From Opitutus sp. GAS368 (GTDB lineage: Bacteria; Verrucomicrobiota; Verrucomicrobiia; Opitutales; Opitutaceae), in assembly GCA_945861645.1 (NCBI GenBank), contig CAMAVZ010000009.1:1-62532 (forward strand): 62,532 nucleotides of DNA. Reading direction: 5' to 3'. This document shows, piece by piece, positions 48,872 through 59,786 of this stretch. The translations under genes and the position numbers were made by a program. The notes under the pieces are model-generated. The model did no database searches. It was not told where the DNA came from and saw nothing but the letters and a program-made list of their open reading frames with translations. Position 1 is the first letter of the stretch. Each line of letters opens with the position of its first letter.

Positions 48872-49966
48872 ATGAGTATCACGATTCACACTGAAATTGT
48901 TAACGATCTGCTCAAATTAGCGGTCGAGAGCGGTGCCAGTGACATCATTATCAAAGCGGACAAGTCGGGTTATCTACGCATCGGTGGGCGGTTGCGGCCG
49001 GTCGAAATGGAACCCATTTCAGCGGATCACGCGCAAGCCTTCGTCGACGAAAAAGTGCCGCCGGTTTTCAAGGAACGCTGGGCGCAAGAAGGGCAGGTGG
49101 ACTTTGCCTACGCGACCGACGGCATTGGTCGTTTTCGCGTCAACGCCTTCCATCAACGCGGACTCGTGAGTATAGTCTTTCGCCACATAAAAGATCGGCC
49201 GCCCACTTTTGCGGAATTAAATATTGAGTCGGATACTTTGACTAAAATGGCCTCCGCCAAGGACGGGATCTTGCTGATCTGCGGCGCGACAGGCTCGGGC
49301 AAAAGTTCCACTATGGCGGCGATGCTCAACTGGATAAACCAAAACTTGGACAAGCATATCGTCACCATCGAAGATCCGATAGAATACACCTTTAAGGATG
49401 AAAAATCACTTTTCCAGCAGCGGGAAATTGGCCTCGATGTGCCCAGTTTCGATTTAGCGATTAAATCAGTCCTTCGCCAAAATCCTGACATTATATTGAT
49501 TGGGGAAATGCGCGATAAAGAAACCTTTGAAACGGCAATTTCCGCAGCCGAAACGGGCCATTTAGTAATCTCGACGATGCATGCCTCGACGGTAAAACAA
49601 GCACTGACCCGTTTGTTTGAATTTTTCCCACCGGAGCAGATTGAACAGGCGCGGCGCCAAATAGCCGGTTCCCTGCGCGGTTTTGTATGTCAGAAATTAA
49701 TTCCCGCGATCGAGGGAGGCGGGCGCTTCGCCGCCCATGAAATCCTGATTGCTGACGCCATGGTCAGCAACCTAATCCTTGATGGGAAAAATGAAAAAAT
49801 CCAACAAATGCTCGAAACCAACAGCGATGCCGGCTCAAAAGCATTCAATAAAGATATTTATCGCCTGATCAAAGAGGGGAAAATCAGCAAGGCCGATGGC
49901 TTGCGCTTCTCCCCGAATCCCCAAGCTCTCGAAATGAACCTTAAAGGAATTTTCTTTAAGAGCTGA
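48872..49966 (+). CDS. PilT/PilU family type IV pilus ATPase
   Basis: RFRVNAF, GATGSGKSST, TIEDPIE, LRQNPDIILIGEMRD, AETGHLV. Confidence 0.92.
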   Translation: MSITIHTEIVNDLLKLAVESGASDIIIKADKSGYLRIGGRLRPVEMEPISADHAQAFVDEKVPPVFKERWAQEGQVDFAYATDGIGRFRVNAFHQRGLVSIVFRHIKDRPPTFAELNIESDTLTKMASAKDGILLICGATGSGKSSTMAAMLNWINQNLDKHIVTIEDPIEYTFKDEKSLFQQREIGLDVPSFDLAIKSVLRQNPDIILIGEMRDKETFETAISAAETGHLVISTMHASTVKQALTRLFEFFPPEQIEQARRQIAGSLRGFVCQKLIPAIEGGGRFAAHEILIADAMVSNLILDGKNEKIQQMLETNSDAGSKAFNKDIYRLIKEGKISKADGLRFSPNPQALEMNLKGIFFKS

Positions 49967-50868
49967 TGAAATATCGCGCCAGGGCAGTTGTATTGGCCTG
50001 CGGAATCGTAATCGCGAGAGCCGCAGCGACGCCTGGGCCCGCACTCGAAAATTCCCAACGCGAACTTAAGGAGCTCCAGGCTGAGGTTAAAGCGAAACCG
50101 AGCATACCCGCCAATTCCGAGCTAACGCAAGGCTTCGCCCAATTACCCACCGCCGGCGCCCCACCAGCCCCGCTTAAACCAGCAGTATCGGAGCGAACCG
50201 CCCAAGAATTGAAAAAAAGAAAGACCGTCGACAAAAATTGGCTGATCAACGGGGTCAATGCATTGGCGCGAGCAGCGTCGGCCGAGACGGTCGCCGGCGA
50301 TGGAGCGAGCAATTCGCTGCAGACAGCAAAAGACTCGGTGCCAGCACAGACTGCCGCCCAGAATTTATTGAAGGTTTATAGTGCTCAGCGCTCAGCCGAG
50401 CCCACTCAGGCGGTGAGTAAACATGCGACCATAGCTTCACGCGATCCCCTAGCGCCATTTTTGCAGGGCTGGCTTGCGGACTCGCCGGTTCGCGGCCTAT
50501 TTTTTGATGATTATGTTAAGAAAATAAATACAGAGGGAGCCGCGGTCTCCAGTGCACACGGTTCCCCCACGGCGCAATCTGGCGAGCTTCGATCGACGCG
50601 CGCTTCGACGAGCGCAGGCTTCCATAGCCCCCGACCGACCGAAGCTAATCCCTATCTCGCGCCGACCAAGGAATTGGTACTGCAAAACCGAGGAACGACG
50701 ATTGATTCGCCCCGCTTGACCAGCACGGTCGGTGATTCCTTCAGCCAGGCGCTCGCTACCGGACCGACCGCAGCAGCGCTGGGAGGGCCGCAACCCAGCG
50801 GAAAAGCCTCCACGCGACTCGCGCCTTCCGACGCTCAGAAATACTTCCCGCAGCAGAGGAAATTTTAG
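49966..50868 (+). CDS. Hypothetical exported low-complexity protein
   Basis: TGATG overlap with the pilT/U-like gene; signal-like N-terminus; Ala/Pro/Ser/Thr-rich with short motifs KNWLI, NPYL, KYFPQQRKF. Confidence 0.7.
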   Translation: MKYRARAVVLACGIVIARAAATPGPALENSQRELKELQAEVKAKPSIPANSELTQGFAQLPTAGAPPAPLKPAVSERTAQELKKRKTVDKNWLINGVNALARAASAETVAGDGASNSLQTAKDSVPAQTAAQNLLKVYSAQRSAEPTQAVSKHATIASRDPLAPFLQGWLADSPVRGLFFDDYVKKINTEGAAVSSAHGSPTAQSGELRSTRASTSAGFHSPRPTEANPYLAPTKELVLQNRGTTIDSPRLTSTVGDSFSQALATGPTAAALGGPQPSGKASTRLAPSDAQKYFPQQRKF

Positions 50869-50913
50869 GGCTTGGTTTTTAGGCAGTGGACCGGTTTAAC
50901 CGACCTTTCATCT

Positions 50914-51819
50914 ATGCCACACGCGCTTATTTTTGCTGGGCAAGGCGCCCAAAAAGTTGGAATGGGGCAGTCCCTTTACGACGGCTCAGCTGCCGCACGG
51001 GCGATCTACGATGAAGCTAACCAGATCTTGGGGTGGGATTTAGCCCAGATCAGCTTTAATGGCCCTGAAGCAGAATTGACCCAAACTAAAATCTGCCAGC
51101 CCGCGCTTTTCGTGCATGGACTCGCCGTTCACGCAGTTTTGCGTGAAAGAGGGTTATTGCCTGAAGTTAAATTCGCGATGGGTCTGAGTCTCGGCGAAGT
51201 CACTGCCTTGACCGCCGCCGGAGTGTTCAATTTTTCCACAGGGCTTAAGATCGTCGCCGAACGAGGGCGCCTTATGCAGCAAGCTTGTGAGAAATCCGTG
51301 GGCGGCATGGCAGCCATCATCGGCGAAGAACGGGCCAAAGTGAGTGAGCTTTGCCAAGCATTCGACCTCGAGGCGGCTAATTTTAATGCCCCCGGCCAGA
51401 TTATTGTTTCCGGCGAAAAAGCCCAAGTGGATGCACTCGTCGCAGCCGCCAAGGAACGCGGGCTAAAACGTGTGATGCCCCTGAACGTGGCGGGAGCTTA
51501 TCACAGCCGCTTAATGGAACCAGCTCGCGCGGAATTTCAGACTTATCTCGCCGGCGTGACTTTTCAGCGTCCTACTTGTGCCGTGCTGACTAATACCACC
51601 GGCCAAGTTGTTGCTGAGCCCGAGGCGATTCGGGCTGCCTTGGTCAAACAAATTGTTTCTTCGGTGCTTTGGGAGGACTGCATGCGCCATTGCGTCGCCT
51701 TGGGCGCGACTGAATTTATTGAATGCGGGCCGGGCGCAGTGCTCGCGGGACTCGCGCGCCGCACTGAGAAAAATTGGCTGGTTAAAAGCTTTGCCGAATT
51801 AACTGACCTCCCTGCTTAA
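50914..51819 (+). CDS. fabD: Malonyl-CoA:ACP transacylase
   Basis: FAGQGAQKVGMG, QPALF, GLSLGE, NAPGQ, VAGAYHS, ECGPG. Confidence 0.95.
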   Translation: MPHALIFAGQGAQKVGMGQSLYDGSAAARAIYDEANQILGWDLAQISFNGPEAELTQTKICQPALFVHGLAVHAVLRERGLLPEVKFAMGLSLGEVTALTAAGVFNFSTGLKIVAERGRLMQQACEKSVGGMAAIIGEERAKVSELCQAFDLEAANFNAPGQIIVSGEKAQVDALVAAAKERGLKRVMPLNVAGAYHSRLMEPARAEFQTYLAGVTFQRPTCAVLTNTTGQVVAEPEAIRAALVKQIVSSVLWEDCMRHCVALGATEFIECGPGAVLAGLARRTEKNWLVKSFAELTDLPA

Positions 51820-53622
51820 GTGAAAGACGCCCCGCTCACACGTAATTTTTGCATTATTGCCCATGTTGATCATGGGAAGACAACGCTGTCTGATCGACTG
51901 CTAGAATTCACCAGCACCATTACTAAACGAGTGATGACGGATCAGCATTTGGATTCGATGGACCTCGAAAAGGAACGGGGCATCACGATTAAGATGCATC
52001 CCGTGACCATGAATTATCCGGCGAAAGATGGTCAGATTTACAAACTCAACCTGATGGATACGCCAGGGCATGTTGATTTTGCGTACGAAGTTTCCCGTTC
52101 GCTCGCCGCCTGTGAAGGGGCCCTATTGCTGATCGACGCCGCCCAAGGGGTGGAGGCACAAACCGTGGCGAATGCACATCTCGCCTTTTCTCAGGGACTC
52201 AAGGTTATCCCAGTCATTAATAAAATCGATCTGCCCAGTGCAAATCTCGAACTTTGCATTCGTCAGTTAGAGGATATTTTAACCATCCCGGCCGAAGAGG
52301 CAATTCTCGCGAGCGGTAAATCGGGGATTGGCATTGAAGATATCTTGGAAGCGATTGTGCAGCGGGTGCCGGCCCCACGTTGGACGAACTATCCAACGAC
52401 CCGCATGCTCGTATTTGACTCCAAATATGACTCGTATCGTGGGGTTATTTCACACGTTCGCGTTTTCTCGGGTACATTCAAAGCAGGGGAAATCATGATG
52501 CTGATGAGTTCAGGTCAAAAATCTGAAATTAAGGAAGTCGGCATGTTTCACCCTGGCATGATCAAGTGCCAGGAATTGGGCCCCGGCGACGTGGGCTACA
52601 TTGTGAGCAATATCAAGAGCGTCGATGAAATCAAAGTAGGGGATACCGTTACGCACGCTAATAAACCAGCATCCGAGATGTTACCCGGCTACAAAGAAGT
52701 TCGTCCGATGGTTTATTGCGGTCTCTATCCACTGGAATCGAATGATTACGAAAAGCTGAAGGTCGCGCTTAGTAAATTGCGCCTTAACGATTCATCACTG
52801 CTTTATTCTAATGAAAGCTCCGTCGCCTTAGGGTTTGGCTTTCGCTGCGGCTTTTTGGGCTTACTGCATATGGAGGTCGTGCAAGAGCGCATTCGGCGTG
52901 AATACGATGTAGAGATCATTTCCACCTATCCGAGTGTCGTTTATAAGGTCAAGAAGCATGACGGCGAGGTGATCGATGTAGATAACCCCATTAACTTACC
53001 TGACCCGGGTACGATTCTCGAGATCAGTGAGCCGACGATTAAGGCGGCCATTCACACCCCGAATGAATTCCTCGGAGACATCTTAAGTTTGGTCATGGAA
53101 AAGCGCGGCACTTGCGACCAGACTGCTACGCTCGATGGCGCGCGTGTCATGTTGACCTGCACGCTCCCGCTCAATGAAATATTGGTCGATTTCAATGATC
53201 GGCTAAAGAGTATTACACGTGGCTACGGTTCGATGGATTATGAATTCGGCGAATATCGGATATCGGATCTCGTGAAGATGGATATCATGGTGAATAATGA
53301 TCCAGTAGAGGCCTTTGCTTCTATCGTGCATCGCAGTAAGGCTGAAGGGCAGGGGCGTAGCCTCTGCGAAAAGCTAGCGGACATCATCCCCGCGCAAATG
53401 TTTAAAATAGCTGTCCAAGCCGCGATTGGGGGCAAGATTATCGCGCGTGATAATGTGCGCGAAATGCGCAAAGATGTTACGGCTAAGTGCTACGGCGGTG
53501 ATATCAGTCGTAAACGCAAATTGCTCGATAAGCAGAAAGAAGGTAAAAAGAAGATGAAACAAATTGGCCGCGTTTCGATCCCACCTGATGCTTTTATTCA
53601 GGTGCTAAAAACCAACAGTTAA
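51820..53622 (+). CDS. lepA: Translation elongation factor 4
   Basis: RNFCIIAHVDHGKTTL, DTPGHVDF, NKID, GFRCGFLGLLH, KCYGGDISRKRKLL. Confidence 0.97.
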   Translation: MKDAPLTRNFCIIAHVDHGKTTLSDRLLEFTSTITKRVMTDQHLDSMDLEKERGITIKMHPVTMNYPAKDGQIYKLNLMDTPGHVDFAYEVSRSLAACEGALLLIDAAQGVEAQTVANAHLAFSQGLKVIPVINKIDLPSANLELCIRQLEDILTIPAEEAILASGKSGIGIEDILEAIVQRVPAPRWTNYPTTRMLVFDSKYDSYRGVISHVRVFSGTFKAGEIMMLMSSGQKSEIKEVGMFHPGMIKCQELGPGDVGYIVSNIKSVDEIKVGDTVTHANKPASEMLPGYKEVRPMVYCGLYPLESNDYEKLKVALSKLRLNDSSLLYSNESSVALGFGFRCGFLGLLHMEVVQERIRREYDVEIISTYPSVVYKVKKHDGEVIDVDNPINLPDPGTILEISEPTIKAAIHTPNEFLGDILSLVMEKRGTCDQTATLDGARVMLTCTLPLNEILVDFNDRLKSITRGYGSMDYEFGEYRISDLVKMDIMVNNDPVEAFASIVHRSKAEGQGRSLCEKLADIIPAQMFKIAVQAAIGGKIIARDNVREMRKDVTAKCYGGDISRKRKLLDKQKEGKKKMKQIGRVSIPPDAFIQVLKTNS

Positions 53623-53634
53623 CCCCCGTCTCGC

Positions 53635-54960
53635 TTGTTTAGTTTCTTTTACTCCGAAGAGAAAAAGTTAAGGAAAAGCGCCGGCCATTGGCTTGAGCTT
53701 GCCGATCGCGTGTATAAATTTCGGCGCGACCAACTGACAGCGAAACAAATGGAGCAATTGTTGAGCGCAACCAAGGCGGTCCAGAGTGAAGTCAAAGGAT
53801 CAGCCGGGATTAAAGAATTAGAAAAAGCCTTGGGCACGCTGGAGCTTATTTTACGCGAAACGGGCGGTCGGATTTATCCCAGCTCATCGCTGGTGGAGAA
53901 TGTCGAATTTTTCCTAGTCGCCGCGATTGTTATTCTCGGCCTGCGCGCCTATATCGTACAGCCGTTTAAGATTCCGACCAACTCCATGTGGCCCAGCTAC
54001 TATGGCATGACGGCCTCGGCCGTATATCCCGAAGGCGGCGCCCCCAATTTATGGCATCAGGCCATTCGGCTCGTGGGTCTTGGGGCGACCAATTATGCCG
54101 TCACCGCACCAGCAACTGGCGAGGTGCTCTTCCCGGTTTATGCCTCCACTTATGATGGCACTCACTATAGTTTTCGCCCAGCGTTCGCGGAAACGAGCGG
54201 GCGCAGTCTCTTAATATTTCCTACCCGTTGGCGGGAATATACTTTTTCGGTAGCGGGTGCACAAGCGACGATCAAGGTGCCGGCGGAATTTGATAATGAT
54301 TTCCAGGGAGTACTTGATGAAGCTTTCAAGGGTAAATCCGCTAATCTCTATGACGCGCTTCGCTTAGGAGCTGCCACGCATAAACCCCTGCAGACATCTA
54401 CGGTCCAATTGCAAAGCCGTGCGACTACCGTGTATTGGATTCCCATCGGGAAACAGGTTCAAAAGGGTGAAAAAATATTATCTTTTGATGTCCTAACTGG
54501 CGATCTGCTGTTCGTCGATCGCCTCAGCTATCATTTCGTCCAACCTCAGGTGGGCGCTGGTTTTGTGTTCAAAACCGAAACTATTGATAGTCCTGAGATG
54601 AAGGACCAGGCGGGTAATCAGATCCGCCAATATTACGTTAAACGCCTCGTTGGGACCCCTGGGGATATCTTGGAAATTAAGGAGCCCGCGCTCTGGCGCA
54701 ACGGTCAGCCCATCACCGGATCGACTGCCTTTGCCAAAAACGCGACCCGTGACGGCAAATATCCTGGTTACAACAATACCGGAAATTTATCCGCCATGGG
54801 CACTTTCACGGTACCAGCTGATTCTTATTATGCGCTGGGCGATAATTCACCCCGCAGCAAAGACAGCCGATATTGGGGGTTTATACCGGAAAAGGGCGTG
54901 GTAGGCCGCCCGTTGTTTATCTATTATCCATTCACCAGTCGCTGGGGTCTGGCTAATTGA
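53635..54960 (+). CDS. lepB: Signal peptidase I
   Basis: PFKIPTNSMWP (Ser), YVKRLVG (Lys), GDNSPRSKDSRYWG; follows lepA. Confidence 0.93.
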   Translation: MFSFFYSEEKKLRKSAGHWLELADRVYKFRRDQLTAKQMEQLLSATKAVQSEVKGSAGIKELEKALGTLELILRETGGRIYPSSSLVENVEFFLVAAIVILGLRAYIVQPFKIPTNSMWPSYYGMTASAVYPEGGAPNLWHQAIRLVGLGATNYAVTAPATGEVLFPVYASTYDGTHYSFRPAFAETSGRSLLIFPTRWREYTFSVAGAQATIKVPAEFDNDFQGVLDEAFKGKSANLYDALRLGAATHKPLQTSTVQLQSRATTVYWIPIGKQVQKGEKILSFDVLTGDLLFVDRLSYHFVQPQVGAGFVFKTETIDSPEMKDQAGNQIRQYYVKRLVGTPGDILEIKEPALWRNGQPITGSTAFAKNATRDGKYPGYNNTGNLSAMGTFTVPADSYYALGDNSPRSKDSRYWGFIPEKGVVGRPLFIYYPFTSRWGLAN

Positions 54961-55056
54961 TACTTAATCCCTCGAGAACAGTCATTAAGGGATGTAATAA
55001 CGCACAATATATATTATGTCTAATATATAAATGCTTAATTATTGGCTGTGGCCCAT

Positions 55057-55992
55057 TCACCTTAATCCAAGAAAGCGCTCTATCTCCTGCAGACAATACG
55101 GCCCAGCATCTTCCAAGATATAGTGACCAGCCTCTGCAAGATAATCAGCTTCCGCGCTCGGTAACAGTACCCGCCAGCGGTTATAGTAATGATAATTAAA
55201 GCAGAAATCTTTAGCGCCCCAAAGTATCCGTACGGGTTTATCGCGCAGTAGCTGTAATTGAGATTCGATGATTTGCAGAGCGCCAGCACTGGGATGGTGC
55301 TGACCAGTGGGAATATCCTGCACAAATCGATGCGTCGCGATTCGATTATGCCAATTATTATAAGGATAGAGATAGCCACGTTTTACCATACGGTTCAGAG
55401 GTTGAGTAACTGCCATCCACGTGGCCGGCCAAGCAAAGGCATTAAAAGTACGCACAAGCCATTCCCCTAGCCTGGGCAATCGACAAAGGCGGATGCGCCA
55501 CGGCACGACCGTATCGGCAAAAGCCGCGGTGTTGAGAATAATGACCCGACCGAGTTGTTCTGGTTTGAGCAGGCCGGTACCGAGTCCGATAGGACCACCC
55601 CAATCGTGCACAATCAGGTGGATTTTTTGTAGATTTAAATGATCAAGTAACGCACGGAGATTTTTAATGTGCTCGGCTAAAGCATAATTAAAATTCTGCG
55701 GTTTATCTGATAATCCGCAGCCAAGGTGATCTGGCACGATGCAGCGAATTTTACCGCGCAGCCCGAGCACGACATTTCGATAATAGAACGACCAAGTCGG
55801 ATTGCCGTGCACCATCACGACGGCTTCATCACCTTCGCCTTCGTCCAGATAACTTAACTCGCCGCGACCGGTAGCAAAACGTTTAGGTTCAAAAGGGTAA
55901 AGTTGCTGCAGCCATGGCGGCCTCGGCGCGGTTGTTCTAAGCGCCTCATGGGGTGATTTGCGGTCGCACTGGGGATTGACGGTATTCACCAT
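55057..55992 (-). CDS. oleB: OleB-like beta-lactone decarboxylase (haloalkane dehalogenase-like alpha/beta hydrolase)
   Basis: HGNPTWSFYYR, PDHLGCGLSDKP, HDWGG, NTAAF, AGHYILED; directly downstream of oleA. Confidence 0.8.
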   Translation of the reverse strand: MVNTVNPQCDRKSPHEALRTTAPRPPWLQQLYPFEPKRFATGRGELSYLDEGEGDEAVVMVHGNPTWSFYYRNVVLGLRGKIRCIVPDHLGCGLSDKPQNFNYALAEHIKNLRALLDHLNLQKIHLIVHDWGGPIGLGTGLLKPEQLGRVIILNTAAFADTVVPWRIRLCRLPRLGEWLVRTFNAFAWPATWMAVTQPLNRMVKRGYLYPYNNWHNRIATHRFVQDIPTGQHHPSAGALQIIESQLQLLRDKPVRILWGAKDFCFNYHYYNRWRVLLPSAEADYLAEAGHYILEDAGPYCLQEIERFLGLR

Positions 55993-57020
55993 TCGACCCC
56001 CAGCATCAAACTGTTGATGCCGCTGCCAATACCGAGTAGGGCTACTTTATCACCCGCTTTAATCGCGCCTTGCGCTGCGGCTAAAGCCAAGGCGGTCGGG
56101 AGAGCCGCTGAGCCCGTGTTCCCGAGCGTCTCGAATGTGGAGAAATCTTTAGCTAAATCGAGGTCGAGTCTTTCGAATAATTTTTTCCGATGGGTCTGGC
56201 CAACTTGGTGACAGATAATCCGATCAGGCGTGGAGCGATTCCAGCCCGTTTCCTTTGCAAAAAGCTGCCAGGTGTCATGCGCTACTTCCACCCCCGCGAG
56301 CAATAATTGCTCCGAGTCGGTCTGCATGGCCAGACCATCGCCCGCGGTGTCCCCTTGGCAAAGTGCGCTATGTTGCGTCGCGGCTAAATAAGCGCCCGCC
56401 AGAAGGCGATGCTTCGGACCCGTAGGTAAAAGATCTTCATGGCAGACAATGGCGCCCACGGCGCCGGAGCCGATGGTCAGATTAGCGAAAAATGGTTTGA
56501 TCGCATTTCGATCCAGCGACGCCGTTAATAAACGGTCTAGCGTCTGCTCAACCAAGGGGCGGCCATTCTCCCCTGCCACAACGAGCCCGCAGCGGATGTG
56601 TCCGGCCTCGACCATCGCCCCGAGCGTGACCAGGCCGTTGAGGAAACCTAGGCAGGCATTAGATAAATCAAAAATTTGCGTGTGCGCCCCAAGCCCAATT
56701 TTATGATGAGCAAAAGCGGCCGTCGCCGGTTCGAGCATATCGCGGGAGACGGCACAGTGGATGAAGGCTTCAATGTGGGCCGACTTAAATTGCGATTGCG
56801 CGAGGACGGCGCGGCCAGCTTGCGCGCTAGCCTCAGACGGCCGGGTACCCGCTGGCCACATCCGCCGCTCTTTGATCCCCGTCATCAGCTCAAGCCGACC
56901 GGCGGGTAATTTTAAACGCTCATAAAGTGGCTGCAGGCGGGCTTCGATCTGGTGGGAGGTCCAGATTTCATCGGGCAGCACGGCCACCAACGATTCAATA
57001 CAAGCGTGACGAAAATGCAT
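55986..57020 (-). CDS. oleA: OleA-like head-to-head acyl condensing thiolase (KAS III fold)
   Basis: GIKERRMW, SRDMLEPATA (OleA Glu), NACLGFLNG (Cys), FANLTIGSG, HQVG (His), GNTGSA (Asn), GIGSGIN. Confidence 0.85.
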   Translation of the reverse strand: MHFRHACIESLVAVLPDEIWTSHQIEARLQPLYERLKLPAGRLELMTGIKERRMWPAGTRPSEASAQAGRAVLAQSQFKSAHIEAFIHCAVSRDMLEPATAAFAHHKIGLGAHTQIFDLSNACLGFLNGLVTLGAMVEAGHIRCGLVVAGENGRPLVEQTLDRLLTASLDRNAIKPFFANLTIGSGAVGAIVCHEDLLPTGPKHRLLAGAYLAATQHSALCQGDTAGDGLAMQTDSEQLLLAGVEVAHDTWQLFAKETGWNRSTPDRIICHQVGQTHRKKLFERLDLDLAKDFSTFETLGNTGSAALPTALALAAAQGAIKAGDKVALLGIGSGINSLMLGVEW

Positions 57021-57026
57021 GGGCGC

Positions 57027-57839
57027 TTATTGATCAGGCCGCATCGCTAAGCGGATGATATCTTTGTCAAAGAAATTTGCCCCTAAACCGGCATCGACCA
57101 CCAGGGTCGTCGCATTGCATCCACTGCTGCGCTCGCTCAGAAGAAAAACCGCGGCGTTTGCCACTTCCTGCGTAGCTAAGTTGCGCTTCCGGAAAGTTAA
57201 TTTTTCCGCATACAGGTAACTTTCGACATAGCCAGGAATACCGGCCGACGCACTGGTTTTAAGCGGGCCGGCGCCGACCACATTAAAGCGAACCTCGGTA
57301 TCAGCGCTAAACGATTTGGCTAGGAAACGACTGCAAGATTCTAAAGCGGCTTTGATCGGGCCCATGTAGCCATAGTTATCGGGCGTCACTTCCAGTGAAG
57401 AAATCCCAATGGTTACGACCGAAGCGTTGCGGGCCAACCGCGGTTTGAGTGCTTGAGCCAATTCGACAAGAGAAAAAGCCGAGATAGCGTTGGCCTGCAA
57501 AAAATCCTTCCGCTTCGTTTCGTGAAAAGCTTTAAACCCTGCGCTATAATTAGCGAAGGCGATGGAGTGGACGACCCCTTGGAGTGGGGCGATCCCCGCG
57601 GCTTGCAACTCTAGCGCCAAACGATCGCAAGCGCCTTCCCCCTCAACATCACAAATAAAAACCGCGCGATCAGCTAAGAGCGCCGCGAGTGACTCTTTGC
57701 GCGCCGAGGATCGAACACTGTAGACAACCCGAGCCCCCTGCTCTTCTAAGGTTTTAGCTATTTGCCAAGCGACGCTTTTCTTGTTGGCGACGCCCATCAC
57801 TAAGAAAGTTTTCCCGGCCAGCTGGAGAAAATCACTCAT
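57027..57839 (-). CDS. FabI-like enoyl-ACP reductase (SDR)
   Basis: [47 protein letters not shown]. Confidence 0.85.
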   Translation of the reverse strand: MSDFLQLAGKTFLVMGVANKKSVAWQIAKTLEEQGARVVYSVRSSARKESLAALLADRAVFICDVEGEGACDRLALELQAAGIAPLQGVVHSIAFANYSAGFKAFHETKRKDFLQANAISAFSLVELAQALKPRLARNASVVTIGISSLEVTPDNYGYMGPIKAALESCSRFLAKSFSADTEVRFNVVGAGPLKTSASAGIPGYVESYLYAEKLTFRKRNLATQEVANAAVFLLSERSSGCNATTLVVDAGLGANFFDKDIIRLAMRPDQ

Positions 57840-58288
57840 GCTGATCCCTCAGGAGTTTTCCAAGCGACGGCGAAATCAACGCTCAAGACGCGCTTAGTCC
57901 CGTTTTTGATATTGCCGGACATCATATAAAATCCGCCGGCTATTTCCTTAATCAACACTTCAATGGTGGTAATATCTCCCGGATAGACGAGACTACGAAA
58001 GCGGACATTTGCCACTTTAGCCAAGAGCGGTACCCCCGGGGGTTTGCCTTGCCCCGCAAATTTAGTCGCCAGCAGTAAGGCGCCCGCTTGGAAGACTGAT
58101 TCGCAAAGTAAAACCCCGGGCGTGATGGGTGCGCCCGGATAATGCCCTTGATAAAAAGCTTCGTCTGCACGCCAGGTGCGCTGGGCAGTGAGCGTATCAG
58201 CGGCCTGGCTAATAATTTCGTCCACGAATAAAAAAGGCGGACGATGGGGAATGAGCTGAGTAACGGTCGGCACGGGATAATTAAGCAA
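57836..58288 (-). CDS. FabZ-like 3-hydroxyacyl-ACP dehydratase
   Basis: [40 protein letters not shown]. Start may be the GTG at 58273. Confidence 0.88.
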   Translation of the reverse strand: MLNYPVPTVTQLIPHRPPFLFVDEIISQAADTLTAQRTWRADEAFYQGHYPGAPITPGVLLCESVFQAGALLLATKFAGQGKPPGVPLLAKVANVRFRSLVYPGDITTIEVLIKEIAGGFYMMSGNIKNGTKRVLSVDFAVAWKTPEGSA

Positions 58289-59738
58289 CGGTTGTTAGAG
58301 CGGCGGGGGCGCGCTTCATGGCCACTAAAAATTTATCAATTTGATTGGACACGATTACACCATAATTAATGGTCCCCAACCAGCCCGACATGATAATCCC
58401 AACGGACCCGGCGTGATAAAGTCCGCGGAGCTGAGCCGGCAAATCCATGGAGATTTTGAGGCCTTCGAATTTAGTACCGAACGATGTGCCGGCCCAATGC
58501 CGCGTGTAGTACTCGATCGTCCGCGGCGTAGCGGCTTCTTGCCAATCGATTTTAGCGCGCACGTCGGGAATATAACGTTCGAGCGCGGTAATTGATTCGT
58601 CGATCAAGCGTTGTTTTTCCGTCGCGTAGCCTTCGGGGGATAAATTATTCCAATCTTCGTAACGAGCATTGATTGATACCACCACGGTGTAGCGGTCGAG
58701 GCCCGGCCGAGTATCAGGATAATACATCGAAAAAGTGCGACTGGTCGTGTGCAGATCGACGAGCTTTTCGCTCGAGAAGGTCGGTTCGTCGGAAGTGAAA
58801 ACCAGATCGCCAATATGGGGCAAAGTCTCCCCTTTTCTAATGCCCAGATAAACTTGGCAAGAACTGCTATTAACGCGCACCGCTTTGGCGGCGGCGACAA
58901 ATTCTGGAGTGAAATTCTCCTCCCCAGCCAACCGGAGCACCGTGTTCTTGATATTTGCGTTGGAGAGTACCGCCCGGCACCGAATCGTGCGGCCATTGGC
59001 CACGACCCCCACCACCTGGTTGGTCCCACCCTGCGCGGTCGTCAGGATTTTTTCCACGGTCACATGTTTGCGAATCTCCACGCCATTTTGCTTAAGTTCG
59101 GCCGTCATTTTCCGAATGAGCACATCGGAGCCCCCCTGAAAAGTATAGACGCCTTTGCTCATGAAATTTGAGAAAACGATGCCAAAGGTAATCGCGGGGT
59201 CGGCCAGCGTCGAGCCATTGGCGTACGCGATGGGTTCCATTAACAATCGCTGCACATCGGGCCGCCCAGGGAAGTAGCGTTCAAACATTTGCCCAGTGGT
59301 CTCAGGATTATTATCGTAAAAATTCATTCCCCGCAGATCGGTAAAAAACTGCTCTACCGTTTCAGCGGTGACCTTAAATTTTTCGACCAACTGCCGAGTA
59401 AAATCCTCCCGATCGAAGGTCGTATCCAGGGTGAATTGCGGATTAATAAACCGCACTCTTTTTAATTGCACAATCGACTGGGCGATATCCTGGCTCCAAT
59501 ATTTGCGGATCGATTTGATCATGCCGATGGGGAACCCGTGCAGCGAGATATCGAAAATATGCCCACCCTTGCGCGTGAACCATGTGGCTAAACCACCCAG
59601 TTGATAATGATGCTCCAGCAGTAGCACTTTGTGGCCGCATTTGGCCAATACATTAGCGCTGGTGAGGCCACCCAAGCCGCTGCCTATCACCACGATGTCG
59701 TAGTGATCTTCAATTCCTTTAAGCCAGTCGTAAGCCAT
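58281..59738 (-). CDS. Phytoene dehydrogenase-family FAD oxidoreductase
   Basis: [42 protein letters not shown]. Confidence 0.88.
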   Translation of the reverse strand: MAYDWLKGIEDHYDIVVIGSGLGGLTSANVLAKCGHKVLLLEHHYQLGGLATWFTRKGGHIFDISLHGFPIGMIKSIRKYWSQDIAQSIVQLKRVRFINPQFTLDTTFDREDFTRQLVEKFKVTAETVEQFFTDLRGMNFYDNNPETTGQMFERYFPGRPDVQRLLMEPIAYANGSTLADPAITFGIVFSNFMSKGVYTFQGGSDVLIRKMTAELKQNGVEIRKHVTVEKILTTAQGGTNQVVGVVANGRTIRCRAVLSNANIKNTVLRLAGEENFTPEFVAAAKAVRVNSSSCQVYLGIRKGETLPHIGDLVFTSDEPTFSSEKLVDLHTTSRTFSMYYPDTRPGLDRYTVVVSINARYEDWNNLSPEGYATEKQRLIDESITALERYIPDVRAKIDWQEAATPRTIEYYTRHWAGTSFGTKFEGLKISMDLPAQLRGLYHAGSVGIIMSGWLGTINYGVIVSNQIDKFLVAMKRAPAALTTVA

Positions 59739-59786
59739 ACGAAGATCAATTAAATTCCGCTCCCACCAAAGCGCAACGCGGAAAAA

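Noticed and set aside
54957-55199. 80-aa plus-strand ORF after lepB
   Set aside because: Overlaps oleB antisense, starts at TTG, and has atypical composition; likely spurious.
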